A stretch of DNA of 64,000 bases, taken from the NCBI RefSeq assembly GCF_009914755.1, contig NC_060926.1. One strand, written 5' to 3'. Positions 25,359 through 39,202 of the stretch are shown here, piece after piece. Below the pieces are notes generated by a model, which was not told the DNA's origin, ran no database searches, and was given only the letters and a program-made list of their open reading frames with translations. This stretch comes from the human T2T-CHM13v2.0 reference genome, Homo sapiens. Both the position numbers and the translations under genes were made by a program. Each line of letters opens with the position of its first letter. The stretch's first letter is position 1.

Positions 25359-25859
25359 ACTCAAACTCTTTGTGAGAGTGGCCCTGCCTCAGTAGTAACT
25401 TCATGCTTTTTGGGTAGGTCCAGCCTTGTATTCCAAACCAGACCATCAATGATTGAGAGACGTAGTGTGTTGCCTGCTTTCCTCTCTCTCTCCACCTTTT
25501 GCCCTCTGCACAGTGCTGCGCACTCGGAAAGATCCCAATGCAGCGGTATGGTAAGGGTTGACTGCTAACATCTGCAAGAGGCGCTCAAGCAGTTCTCAGC
25601 CCTGCTGCCCATTGGAATTTCCTAGAGAGGCTTAAAAGATACCCAGAAATTTTGACCTAATTGGTATGGGCTGTGGCATCAGGTAAAGAAACATTTATTT
25701 ATATCCTTAGAAAATGAGCCGACTCAGACTTATTCCTGAGCACAGCCCCTTCTTTGGGGGAGAAATACAGTATATTTTAAGGCAGTCTTTATATTCTTAA
25801 AATATAGTATTCTTTATTACAGCTTTACTGTAAGTAATGATTTAAGTTTAGGGATAGTT

Positions 25860-26016
25860 TTTTTTTAATTAATTTTATTGAGGCATAGTTTGCACATACT
25901 ACGATATCCCCATTGAAAGGGTACAGTTCATGAGTTTCGACAAACGTAGACATTTATGTAACCACCACCCCAGTGAAGATGTAGAATAATCCACCATCCC
26001 AGAAAGTTCTCTTGTG
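25860..26016 (-). mobile_element. Old L1 (L1MB/L1ME-like) 3' end within a split MER5-type element
   Basis: TTTATTGAGG.ATA...GGGTACAGTTC.ATGAGTTT.GACAAA...GTAACCACCACC...CCAGAAAGTTC. MER5-like halves at ~25590-25680 and ~26017-26080. Confidence 0.75.
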
Positions 26017-29000
26017 GGCATGGGATTTTCGAAGCTCCCCAGGTGATTCTATGGTGCAGCGGACTCTGAGCATCATGGAGGCTCACTCAACAATCTCTGC
26101 TTTAGAATCTCAGAGAGGTTGTCCAGGACAGCACTTCTCACACTTTAGCATGCATCTCCTCAGATCTGGCTGAATGCCCATTCCATCCCAGAGTGGGGCC
26201 CGGAACCCTGCATTCCTAACAAGCCCAAACCACACTTTGAGGCTCTGCTACAAGTCTCTCATTTTGGAGGTGAAGGAAACGGAGGCTGAGAGTGTTGATG
26301 TGAGTGGCTTGCAAATCCTGATTTTGAAGCTCCTGGACTAATGACAATCATATCACTTGCCCTTCAATCTCTTTTTCGATAGCCACCCCTAACCCGGAAT
26401 CCTAAACAAGAGGTGTGGCCATGATAGTATCTCTCCCCTATTTCCCTTCTGAGTGTTGTCCATTGCTTCTAGCCTATTCCCATCTTTCTTGTCCTGACCC
26501 AAGTCACCTTCCTGGGGAAGGGCCTCCTCCTCTGCCTGTTTCTGAACCAGCACCTACCTTTTCCCTATCAACAGCTCGCTTTCCTCGTTCATTCCATTCC
26601 TTAATATGTATCAACTCAATTTAATAAGCAAGAGTTTATTTAGCAATAGAACTGGGTCAGACCCTATCGTGCCCTTGAGGAGGAAGGCAAACTAGAAGCT
26701 GTGATTAAGTTAACAGATAAGACAAATAAATAACAGGATATATAAGGTGAGGAGAGACCTTAGTGACTGCCCAGCTCAGTTCCTCATTTTATAGGTAATG
26801 TTTAAGAGCGATGACCCACTCCTACTTTCAGCAAGGAGGTGCACATAGCATAGATCCATAGAAGAGGAGGGATCTGAGAAGGAGTTTGAAAAAGGTGTAG
26901 GAGAGGCTGTGAGAAAACAAGGCGGGTGTCCTGGCTGAGGGCAGGAAGGAGACATTGCGATGGAAATTGGGCCCCACTGTCTTGGAGGATTGGGAAAAGG
27001 AGCTGTGGACTGAGTGGCCCACACAACTGCTATAACCTCAGGCAGTTTTCAAGCAGATTGACCTTCCTGCTGGAACACGGCAGGTGAGGTGAGGTTCTTC
27101 TCTATCCAGGTCTGTCCTTAGCACCTTATGCAGGGTTTAACCCCCATGGGCATAAAGAGGGTGTGTATCTGGGGTGGTTTGGGGATTAGGTCCCATGAGC
27201 ACTGGGACCTGGAGATGCTTGGTCTAGAGAAGGAAAGATGTTTGGTCTGGGAAACATGGGGGTCATGTTTAATATTAGATAGGCAGTCACATGGGATATT
27301 TAATTAGCACTGTGGAATTTAGAGAGAGGCAGGTTTCACTTCACCTTTGGGAAGTGCTAGGTTCTAACACACCTCCCTCCCCTGGAAAGAGATTGAACTA
27401 CCACAGATTGAATCCCTTGGGAGGAAGGAATTTCAGTCCCTGAATGTGGACAGCTGAGGCTGGATGAGAACAGAGAGATGTCAGATGTCCAAGCCTCTGT
27501 GTCCATCCCTGAGAGTCCACTAGGGGAAGCCAGTCATCATGGTAGCCTGATGTTCATCTTCATGTCTGAGGTTCTGCCCCAGAGCAATTTCCCTGTGGCC
27601 ATCTGGCTGGGAAACATGTTTCATTTCCCTCCCAGAGGAACAGGCACCTCATTTGCCTCCCAGAATAGATCCACATCCAGAAGAATGTAATGGAGACAGG
27701 CAAGAACACAGAAGATTGCATAGGTTTAGGAAAGAAGAAGGCAACAAGGTTCTGTTGGGTTGCATCTGAGGAATCTTAGGTACCTAAAAAAATAGGTCTG
27801 GAATTAAAATAAGATGTTAGTGTTGAAGGTATAGAAATGGGAGTTAAAATGATGGCATGAAGCTTATCTAGGGAGATCATGCAGCTCCAGATGATTGTGG
27901 ACTGAATGTCTTGTAGGGTTTTGGGGAGGATGAAATGTGAGTGGAATTTGGCCATGATCAGCCCTTAGAGTCGGCCTGAGCCCTGCCCTGGCCAGCTGTG
28001 TGTCCTTGGATACGCCAAGGTGAAGTTTCCTCTTCTTCATAACGGTGAGCTTGTCCACAAGATATTTAAGATTCTTCTAGCTTAGACACTATAGAATTTA
28101 CATTTTAAGGTTTTAGGGATTCAATTCAAATTCCGTTCCAGAAGCAGATATCAGGGCTGATCTGGACCACCTCAGGGGAATAGCAGGGTCAGTGCCCAGA
28201 GGGGCTGGTCATGGTGGGAGGGCCTTGAGGAAGGGAGACAGAAGAGAAGGATAAATGTGATTTGAGGTGGGAAAGAAAAAATTGGACTGTCCTCAGTCCC
28301 TTCAGTCAAGCATTGCAGAAGCTGCATCTGCCTCTGCCAATTGTCTGCCAGACTGAGAATGTCCCCACAGGACCTCACGGGGTTTGCCTGGTCCATGTTC
28401 CACAAAGCAGGAACAACTGCTGGTTAATTATGTAGACACAAGGTGAGGAGTGCAGCTGTCTCTGGAGTTAACTTTCAAGGAGCTGCAACTTTTACAGTCA
28501 GCTCCCAGCCAAATGTGGGGGACAGGCTTTTCATGGTCCTAGGAGAAATAGGTCTATTGGGCTTGTCCAACCGAAACCCGTTCCCCTCTATCGCCCCCAG
28601 GGTTGCTCGGCCTTGCCTCAGCCGTGCCTGACACTGGCTCTCTGCAGGGAGGAAAAAGCTTGCTCTGTTGCTGGCTGTGTGGAACAGAGAGGGAAGTGGC
28701 AGACAGTCTGGGCCTAGCACTTGGGTGTCTTGCTCTAGCCATGTGACTCATCTCTCCAGTTCAGACCTGCCCCTGGAAAAAAGAGCCCAGACCTCATCAT
28801 GAATGCTGTCCTAGGAGAAAATGAACAGCTGGAGAATGCTCCTGATCAGTAGGCCTGAAGGATGCTGGGATACAGCCTTCAAGATGGAGCAGCCAGGATG
28901 CCAAGTATCCCTCTTGCCCAGATCTAAGGCACTTTTTCCTACTGATCCATATTGGCCTCAGGAGATGTCGCAACACAGCACCCCAGCCAATGGAGTTGCC

Positions 29001-31231
29001 ACATAAGATGAACTTGTGATCATCTCTAAACTAGAGAGTTAAACTCAACACTAGTAAATGACTTTGGGTTTATGTATATGTCATGTTTTCTCCGGCAACT
29101 GCTCAGAATCATCTCTAAATATCACGTCTATGGTTGGCAGGAGTGGCATGTATAATACAAAATGTCTGGTGGCCCTATTGTCACAAAACCTGTATAAAAG
29201 TAAATTCACAAATGGCTTTTTAGAACTGATGACAAAAAGTTACTCGTTATCACTTTTCTACTTAATTTCCTAAAAGGGCAATTTGAAATCACACTAGGAT
29301 TCTCACAATTTTGGTTGACACTCAAGTAAACTGCAGCTACTTATCAAGCACTTTTGAATGAACATATGAAGAATGAATAAAATGAAAGCTCTCCTGTTGC
29401 CCTCAGCGTCACCAGTGTTCTGTATTTCTTCCTGAAACCTTTCCATTGGTTTAAAAACCTTTCTCAAGTGAAAGCAATCTCTTTAAAAACTGCAACATAC
29501 TGCTGATAGTTTTCGCTGTGGAAACATTCTCTATGCCTGCAAACCAAATCACCCACTCTCTTTTCCTGGGAAGCACATCTTTCTCAGAGCAGAGCTTTGC
29601 AAAAAGGGGAAGCCAAAGCTTCCAAGAGGTGATAGTTACAGCTGCTCTCTCTTCCTGTTGCCCCAGGTGCCAAGGTGCAGAGGGGCAAGGCAGCAAGGCC
29701 TAGCCTGGGCAGAACTTGTCGGTCATTAACTTTGCAAATTGACTTTCTGAACAACTGGTTTATTTCACTTTGGTGTATATCTACTCAACTCCTCTCTAGT
29801 ACGTTTTCCTTCCTAACTGTGTTTGCTCTGACTTACAGTAAGATCTGAGTGTAGTTCCTGAGATGCTCTATAGGGTCAACAATGGGGTGTGTGGTGAGGC
29901 TTGATATAAATGCATAACCAGGCAGCACGTGGCATGGTGCACACTCAGACCTGCCTGTGGGAGCGAACAGCGTGGTACACACTCAGACCTGCCTGTGAAG
30001 GCTTGGCATTTAGGTAAGCAGCATTCATACATCCTCCTGAAAAGAGCCACCAGTGTGGGCTTATTGTTGTCCAAGGGTACCAGGGACTCTAGGTGACCTT
30101 TGGTTTGCTAGTAATCCTGTCCTTTCCTTTTCTGCTTCCTGCTTGGGTTGCAAAGCCATCACTCCCCACCACCCCTGCCCCTGGCCCCCAACAGAAGAGA
30201 AGGGTGGAGCTAGCAGGCTGGTGTAATGAATTCATGCTGAAGTCTGAGATTGAGGAGTAGAGTGGAGGAGGAGAAACACTTTCCAAAGAAGCCACCAGGC
30301 ATCACAGAATTCTACATGCCTGAGATGGAAGGAGCACTAAGGAGCATCCAGTCCAACTTCCTCACTTCAATAAAGACAAAACAAGAGCCAGAGTGGGGAG
30401 GTGGCTTATAAAGTTCACAGAGCTCATTTTTGAGAAAACTAGGACTGTGCAATTTGGGTCTTCTGACATCCAATCTCCTGCATGTTCCTGTCCCATGCTG
30501 CTCCAGGGTGGACTGTGAACATTAGTCAGAAGGTCCCCTGAGAGAATCAGTAGTCTGTGAAACCTGAGTCTCAAGGCTGAGAAGCTGGTGGAAGTAGCCT
30601 TGGGTTTCTGGATAAACACACTTTTATCCCCGCCTTTTCTAGGCTCTGCATTCCCATTGAACTGGAAGATTTTATTCATTTCAAGATAGTTTAAAAATAT
30701 TTATCATGTCATTTAATTCTAAAACCAATTTTGGGGCAGGACTATTGCTTCCATTTTATAGATAAGAAAACTGAAGCCCATCCAGAGATGGCGAGTAGCT
30801 TATTTAAAGTCATAGTAGAGCTGAGAGTTGTAAGTGGCTTGTAAGAACCCCATGGCTGGGTTCTTGGGCTTCTCTTGCTGGCTGTCCAGCTGGGCCCTGC
30901 TGCACTTGTTAGTTACATGAGACAGTCTGCATAGATGGTTAGGGACACCTTCGCAGTAGGAGGAGGGACTAAGTGTTATAATCTGTTTTAAACTATAAGA
31001 ACTTATCTCATTTGGATGTTTACTGGTCTGAAGTATGCATCCTACTTCTTCCAGGGAATTTTAGAGTTTGAGCCACTGAATTCCTAACGAGGGATTTCAT
31101 CTTGTGCACTGAAAATAACAGTCTTATTGTCATACAACCATGGGTCTGAGCCCAGCTCTATCACTTAAAAGCTGCATGACCTAGGGAAAGCTACTTAATT
31201 TCTCTGAGCCTCTGTTTCTTCATAGGGAAAT

Positions 31232-31560
31232 AAGTGTGCAGGAAGTTTATTGTGGAGTGTTTCTGGGAGCAGAATCTGCTGGGGAAGAGAAGGAAGTAGA
31301 GTTGGACAGAGGAAGAAACTGAGCAGCAACGTAGGTGATGCAGAGCCCTGAAGCTGGATGGCTCTGCAGAGTGGTACTGACTTGGGGTGAGGGGGACCAG
31401 GCCTTTAAAGCCCCTTATTGACGACTCATTGGATGTGGGGCTTGACCTTGGGTGAGTTGGCTCTCTTTATAAAGGGTAGTTCGGAGAGGTCCAAGAGCTG
31501 GGAAATGAGTCCTTTAATCTTGATGGGGGATCAGGGTGAAGCAGGACAGCATCCACTGTA
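31232..31560 (-). mobile_element. ERVL LTR (LTR16C-like) inserted in a MIR
   Basis: GGAAGTTTATT.GGAGTG...GGCCTTTA...TGACCTTGGGTGAG.GGCTCTCTT...GGGGGATC...CAGCATCCACT. MIR halves at ~31130-31230 and ~31560-31650. Confidence 0.7.
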
Positions 31561-34500
31561 GTATTTGCAGTGCTGTTTCAGGATTAAGTTAAATGATTGG
31601 AATGCACATACAGCACAGAGACTAAGGCAGAGAACGTGACTAGTTGATAGTAGGGCTTGTTCCTACTGTCAGTGTGGCCTCCTCCCCGCTCTTCACTCCA
31701 CTTCTTATTCTCTGGTAAGGAACCTCTGCTTGATCTTTCAGATAAATCTATGGGGGCCACAATCCACAGACCTCATGGAGAGCTCAGAGGACCAAAGGGA
31801 AGAAAACTCCACTAGAGAATTTGCCTCCATTCAACAACCTAGCCTGACCATCTTGCTGCAGGGGCATGGAAGTGTGTGTTTATGCTGGGGGTGATGAGAG
31901 GGGTTTGGGTGTCTCTGTCAAATCACTTACAAGCTTTTTCAGACAGAAAGCATGTCTAATATTCCATTCTCATTTCCCAGACAGTACTTTGGCTTAGTGT
32001 CGCAGGTCACAATGGATATTTGTTAACCTGATTTAAACCTAACCATATGGAAGAGATTATTTTGTGTCTGTGGGGCTGACACAGTAGTAGTCATAGCTCC
32101 CTCATGCCAGGTGCCCTGCACACGATTTTCTGTAATCCTGAGAACCCTTCATTGTAACTGCTACTCCTGTCTACCTTATACAGATTAGAAACCTGTGGCT
32201 CAGAGCAGCCAGGTCACAAGGCCAAGCTGATCCCACTGATAAGTGGCAAAGCTGGAACCCCCTCCCAGGAGTCTGACTTGTGCCATTCCTATGCCCCAAT
32301 GCCTTGCTCTGTGTCCTGTAGTTCTCTCTTTTCAGGAAAAATAAGGTAGACCTGGGTGCCCTGTGTTAGAAGAAAAAGCAGAATTATGAAATTCATATGG
32401 CTTGCTAGCCTACAAAGGAACTACAGGGGATAGTGACCCAGCCTGTTCATCTTAAGGGGGGTGGTGGGAGATTGGCAGCAGAGGGGAAGCCTCAGCCTGG
32501 AAGAAGGAGAGGAGCTGAAATGAATTTGTGAAGACGCTTGTGGATCTTCCTCCCCCGAGACCACTACAAATAGGACACAGCAGCCATCAGTGGCAATAAT
32601 CAGTGGTTCGCTGCTCATCAGAAACTGAAGTGGGCTGATAAAATATCAGCTAGGGTCAGCCCAGCTGCCCCACTTCAGGAAGACCTGCTTTGGGAGAACA
32701 CGAGCTTGCAGGCCAGGACAGGTGGGGTGGCTCCTTATTTAGTCGTCTTAAATTGGCGCCCTATTTAGTCATCTTAAATTTCTTTATTCTTCTTAGAGAC
32801 CTTTTAACAAGTGCATTTCCCTGGTGCATTGAAAATTGGACTTGGTCCATGTGTAATATATAACATTGCAAAGCCCCACCTTCTGCCTAAGGTGTGTGTG
32901 CTCACATGCTCTGCAAGTGATTGCTCCATTTCTGGCACTTTGGTGTCCCAGTTGCCTTGAAATCCATGACATGTCTGAACAGGTGTGCATCGTGGAGCCC
33001 TAACCTTCCCCAAGGACCCTACCCTGAGTCTTGGACCTGGGGATGCCTGCTCTTACTGCTCCTCTTTTCAGGCCCATTGCTCTGCTCCTTCTCCCCTTAC
33101 CCCTCTGATTGGATCTCGGTTGCTTTTCTCTAGGGCTCACCTTGGTTTCTGTATGCATCTCACACTTGCAATTTGGGTTTTGTCTACTGTGTATAAAGTG
33201 ACTCCTTGGATCAGGAACCCAGACACACTCATGTCAGCTCCTAGGACAGAGAATGGACAGGGGATGCAGGGGCTTAGAGGAAAGAGGGCTGCCAGAGATG
33301 TTCAGACCTCAGCTTCCTGACCCAGTCTCTGTCATTTAGCTTGAATCCTCTCATCTGCAAGTTGTTTGGCAGTGTTTGCAAAGGGTGTGGCACACACTTG
33401 GAGATGCTCCATGAAAGATGGCTGCTGTTGTTGCTGCTGCTGTGATTTTTATGATCTTATGACTGCAGGCCCCCTTGATGGCTGGATGGTGAGAGAGGAA
33501 AAGCACAGCTGTACCAGAAAGACAGGCAGAAAGAGGTCCCAGGCACAGCAGATCCCTTCAGGGTGGTGGAAATGGAGTTCTGCAAAGTACTGCTGCTGTT
33601 GCTGCTGCAGACTTTGCATGAATCTCATTTACCCTGGATCCTGGGGCCCATGCTGCTGAGAGCTTGTTCCAGGTCAAATGTCTGGGAGTTCCATCTAGAT
33701 CCTAAAGCAAAGACCTGGCATTCTCAGGCCATTGCCAGCATTCTTTAAAATTTGGGTGGTCTTATTTCCAATGGAGAGATCTTTCTCCATGATTACCAGG
33801 TTGCTTGCAACTCTCAGAAGGGAGATAAAAATTACAAAGGAGCTCAGGAGTCCAGACCTTTTGTGTAGAAACAATAATATAAATTATCCTTAGATTTCCC
33901 TAATCAACCACTCACAGTATAGCTAAGACCCTGCATATCTGTGCATTCAATGAGATGAACAAGCATATAATATTGTTGCTGTGTGAGTAATTAAACAATG
34001 CATCTGAAAACTGAATATACTAGTTTTTGCATGTACCCTGAATGCTGACCTCTTGAAGAAAGAGAATCAATTAAGGGATGTTGAAGGGGTAGACTTTTGA
34101 GGGGACTCTGGAGAAGGATGTGGCATATTCAAGGACTTTTTAGGTTGGTGGCACCATTTCTTTATGACATCTAATTCCACCTTCCTTCTCATTGATTCAG
34201 ACAGATCACTTGAGCACTGCTCTTGCATTTATCAGTCATTATTAAGGTCAATTTTTGGCTCACAAATAGAATGGATAGAGGGAGAAGATGGTGAGAGAGA
34301 AAGAGAGAGGAATGATGAGAGGGGAAGGGTAAAGTGAAAGGGAAGGAAGAAAATGCACAGATTTCTTTAAATATACTAACCAGTAGCTGATTTGTTAAAT
34401 AAAATGGTTTAGAGTTTTCTGATGATTCTGAAAGAGAGAGGCAAAGAGGGAAGGACAAGATGTTCATTTGGGGAAAAAAAGGAAGCAGTGGAGAATAAGC

Positions 34501-34769
34501 GTGGAGGCAGATGGTTACCTGTGCCTGCCATTAAGGGTGCTATTCACTCAGGACACCCTGGCTCAGTAGATCAGTGGTGGGCAGTGGGCATCTGGCAGCT
34601 GGCAGAAGGAATGAGACACTTGTAAGATCAGGTGTTTATGATTCGAGATGATATGTTCCTGAAGGTCAGGGTCATGTACTGGGGAAGGGTGCAGTAAGGG
34701 TGAGAGTCAGCTATTCTTTTTTATGATGATAGTGATTCAGGTGGATGTCATCCTGTTTCATATCAACTG

Positions 34770-35170
34770 ATTGATTAATGTTGTCCCTTCACCCATGACA
34801 CATGAATTGAGCTCCCACTATGGTGTGGTTCCTGGGGTATGGTGGTGAGTATAAACAGACAGTGTCTCTTCTCAGAAACCTGTAGTCCACTGGTGGAGAT
34901 AAACATGAATGAAATCATCACACCAATGCACAGAAATCTGCATCAGCAATAAATGCCACGAAATGTGAACAATGATGGAAGGATTTGACTTGATCCTTTC
35001 TGCACTGAGGCTTCTCGAAGAACCTGATGCTTGCTCTGAGACATGAAGGGTGACAGGAGCTGTGTGGGCTAAAAAGGGAGAACAGTGAGCCAGGCAGAAT
35101 GGGCAGCAGGCTCAGAGGCTACATGGTGGGAGGTAGCCTGGTGAGGATGTGGCTCTCTAAGAAGGGAGTA
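34770..35170 (-). mobile_element. L2 LINE fragment
   Basis: AATTGAGCTCCCACTATG...CCTGGGG...AAACAGACAG antisense L2 tail pattern. Confidence 0.55.
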
Positions 35171-35199
35171 AAGCATGGGGAGGGCAGGGCTTCAAGGGT

Positions 35200-35330
35200 A
35201 GGTCTCCTTCAGAAGGTACAGATGAGGAAACTGAGGCTCAGGGAGGTGAAGCAATTTAAGCAATAATCCACAACTCAAAAGAACAAGAGCTGGATTTAGT
35301 CCTCATAGCTTGGGAAGCCTGTGGCTCCTA
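35200..35330 (-). mobile_element. MIR SINE
   Basis: TACAGATGAGGAAACTGAGGCTCAGGGAGGTGAAG core. Confidence 0.8.
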
Positions 35331-35886
35331 GTTAACGTTTCTCACATATTAGGGACTTAGTTCAGTGCGAGTGCTTGGGAAAGACCATGGTATTATCCTT
35401 CATTAAAACATTAACAATATTATGTATTGCTAATCAAGCATTGAGAATAGGCATATAACACCATATTATGACTTACACAAATAGAAGTGTTAATTAAATA
35501 TGTACATAATAACCAGTCATGTCCTTGTTTAACTTGCAAACGTATGTTTCTGGAGTGTTTCTGGTTAGTGATATCACAACAGCAAGAATGACTGCTGACT
35601 GCTATACCAAGTTGAAAATAAACTTCCAGTAGCATGGGCAGGTGATCACAGTGTGGCTGCCTGCAATGCTTTCTAGGGTTGTATACCTGCAAATCATCAT
35701 CACTTTACACAATAGATGCATTCTAGAAAACTCATGTCTAAGTTGAATTTGGGCAACTCCAACCTACAGGTAACCTGAAGAATTCTTTCCTCCAGAACAA
35801 AGTTTGATGCATTTATACATTTGTATAACACGTTTTCTCAAAGCAGAGCCTCCTTATAATATGTTGACAAGTTATTTACTTATCAA

Positions 35887-36011
35887 TTTTTTTTTCGAGA
35901 TGGGGGTCTCACAATGTTGCCTAGGCTAGTTTCAAACTCCTGAACTCAAACAATCCTCCCACCTTAGCCTCTGAAGTAGCTAGGACTACAGGTGCACTCC
36001 ACCATGGCTGA
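35887..36011 (-). mobile_element. FLAM (Alu monomer)
   Basis: ~125-bp single arm: T-tract, GAGATGGGGGTCTCAC.ATGTTGCC.AGGCT...GTAGCTAGGACTACAGG. Confidence 0.85.
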
Positions 36012-36497
36012 CTTCAACTCACATTTGAGCGCTAACTTTTGGAATATTATGGCAATTGTTCTGCAGTCTTCATAAGTGAGAAGCTGGTAGGTATATAGAT
36101 TGTAAGTTTACATGTATACTTTGGTATTTTTTAACCTGGTAGTTACTACACAGAGTCTACAGCTCTAACTAGAGTGACTTTGGCTTTCTGTACTGGCCTG
36201 GAAGCCTTCTTGACACAGATGATACAGAATGATGGAAGCTGGGTGGCTGACCTTCAAGGATTCCGCCTATCCAGCCACATGCAGCATCTGTAATGGAATT
36301 CTTTCTCCCTGGCAGGATGTGCCTTGTGCTAAAAGCCACTTCTTACTGCAGGCTCACATATCCTGCATTGGTTTATCAGGCTTTCTGCTCTCACCTGCAT
36401 TGTGTCTGGCTCCTTTTACCTCCCTGACTCCCAAACTCATTGTTTGTCTCCTCTTAGTTTTTGCTTGTGGTCTCTGTCTTTCCGCTCAAATGCAAAT

Positions 36498-36682
36498 CAC
36501 CTGCTGGCATGTCCTTAATGCTTCTCCCTTCACTTCTTCCTTGCACTCTCCCTCCCATCTTCCTTCCGGCCCTTCTTCCTCTCTTCCTGTCCTCTATTCT
36601 TCTCTACCTCCTCTTTTCTTTCTTCTTTTCTCTCTTTCCCTTCCTTCTTTCTTCCCCTCCTCAAACATTTATTGAACACCTA
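36498..36682 (+). repeat. ~180-bp direct repeat, copy A
   Basis: Aligns to 39203-39379 with 14 substitutions and one 8-bp indel (~92%). Confidence 0.9.
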
Positions 36683-36859
36683 GTCTGTAGGTTTTATGGA
36701 TTAGGACAAGGTCAGGTCAGCTTTCAACCCCCACTTTGCTCTTGTCAACATTTTGTTGCCCCTCTTGGACAAGGTGAAGTTACCGATAATTCATAGTGTG
36801 ACTATCTAATTATTCCTTGAGGGGTGCTAGGTAGACCTGGCCCAGGGGCTGAATGGGGT

Positions 36860-37100
36860 AGGGGTCTAGATGTTAGAAAAAGAGCTTTGGATGAAAGCAG
36901 ACCTGGGTTTCAATCTTGGCTCCCCTAATTACCGGTGTATGACCTTGGCAAGTTATCTAAACTCTCTGATCCTCAGTTTCCTTTAGTATAAAATTTTGGA
37001 GAGAAAAATTCCAGTCTCCTAGAATTGTTGGAAGGATTTACTGAGATAAAGCACAACAATCATCTGGCACATAGTAGGTGGTACACTTGATAACTCTCAT
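36860..37100 (+). mobile_element. MIR SINE
   Basis: AGACCTGGGTTTCAATC...TGACCTTGGCAAGTTA..ACTCTCTGATCCTCAGTTTCC...TGGCACATAGTAGG. Confidence 0.85.
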
Positions 37101-39202
37101 TATGAATAGGGTGGCATAAAAATAGAAAGATCTTGAGGGTGAGCCTAAAAGATCAGCAGAATTCTATCAAATCCAAGGGGAAAGTGGAGAATCAGGAACA
37201 AGAGATGATCCCCAAATCTGAGATAAGACAAATGATGAGCAGATTAAACTTGAGAAAGGATGGGAGGCTCCAGGCCTGATTCACTGGCCACAGGTTGCCT
37301 GGGTTCCAATGTGGTTATGATGGAGGTGCTTTAAGGGGAGAAGAACATAGTTCTGGATTTCATTTATACCAGTCCTTACCCCAAGAAGCCCCCACAGTCT
37401 GATTGACCTGTGTTCTTCCAACCCCAAGATTGTTTTACGTGCCACTCAGTTTCTCCATCAGTTGTTTTTATTTCAACCAGAATAAGTTTGAGTCTATGTC
37501 ACTTTGACTAATATGACACTAGGGTTACTAGTCAGCAACTTTGTTTCTAAGGCTGAACTTCCACTTGGCTCACCAGTAGCATTGATTTCAGCAGGTCTCA
37601 GGTTTCACACTATAAAATTGTGATGGTTTTATTGACCAATTAACATAGGTTAATGATGATTGTTTTTATGAAAGTTGGTGGGTCACCCTCTGGACAGCGG
37701 GCTGAACAGTGTCATCTCAGTCTTAATCATAGATCATAAAATGTTAGCTCTGGAACGGTCTCAGAAGCCACGTAGTGCAACCCTCTTGGTTAACAGAGGA
37801 GAAAACTGAGGCCTGGAGAGGCTAAACCCTGGATTCAAATGGCCAGCAGGATTGGGAGAGACATGGAAACACCCAGAACAGGCATTTCTCTTAAATAATT
37901 CCATCAAGAAACTCTGATCTCTTTCCATAACCACAAAACTTAGGCCTTCCAAATGCTAGGTGCAAAGATGATGCTGTGATGGGATTTGTAAGGCCACCTT
38001 GAGGAAGTGGATATTTTAAAGGCTAGATGACCTCTAAAATTTTGATCAATTTTGACATTCATCGTAGGGCATTATGTGCATGAAATACAGGACACTATAT
38101 TATAATAATTTACTTGTTTGTTTAAATTATTTCTCCTGGAAAGAAGCTCCTTAAAGAAAGAAACTCTGTGACCCATCTTTGTTTCTCCTGTAGCCTTGCA
38201 TATAGCATGTTCTTGATAAAGGATCCTCTGATTGAGTGAATGGCTGAAGATTTTTTGGAAGCCTGTGATGAAGAGTAACCAGGTCATTGACACAGAGGGC
38301 AGAGTGAGTTTCAGAGCAGAGGAGACTCTCATGTGGTTAGCGAAACTTAAGGAAAGATCAGATGTATGTGGAGACGGAGAAGGATTTGTGTTGAATAGAA
38401 ATAATGACAGCTGCAGTCTAAGATTTTTTCTAGGAAAAAAAAAAACTTTCCAAATCCCATTTAGAAAGTCTGTATAGACAAACTGTGACATGGTACCACC
38501 TTGAGCAGTAAGAATAGGTTTTACAGATTAGGACAAGGTCAGGCAAACAAACAGCCCAAAGCCATGCCATCAGCTCGAAGCAGCTCTGCCCCAGCCTGCT
38601 GCTCTTCCTGGGCCTGGCTCACCCCTGCACATGGGACAAATCCTTACGCTGCTACAAAGAAACCAGCATGAGAATCCGAGGTCCACTATGTCTCAGAAAA
38701 AGGAAGAGAAATGTGAGAATACATTTCCATTTGGTTCACACTTCCGTAGACTGCATTTTTCCTGCCCCATATGCAAGGCGCAAAGCCCCTGGACCTCCCA
38801 GCCATCACCATGTGTCTGCCATCTGGCGGTTGTGTTCTCACCTGGAAGCTCCAGTTGCACCTGGGCCAGAGGACCCTGGCTGCTGGCACTTCCCTTCTGC
38901 CTGGCAACCTCCTGCTCTGAAACGGGGTAGTGGTGCTGACGGATTTTTTTAATTTTACTGGATCCTGCTCAAGGTTGGTGATCTGAGCCATCTTAATCAT
39001 CCTAATGAGTTTGCAGGTGTTACTTCTCATTGGAAACACATATTCAGTGCTATCCATAATGTGTTGGTTTCCACACAGTGTGCTTAGGAGACAGGGGCTG
39101 TATCCCCAGGGTGATAATAGAAAATTAAATCTGTTCCCAGGGCCCCTTGTTGGCACTGAAAGAGCACGGAGAAGAGCCCCTGCATTTATAGGGGATTGCT
39201 TC

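Noticed and set aside
32321-32351. Possible 10-nt micro-exon (TTTCAG|GAAAAATAAG|GTAGAC)
   Set aside because: Weak donor, not frame-preserving and no supported flanking exons; cannot be told from chance.
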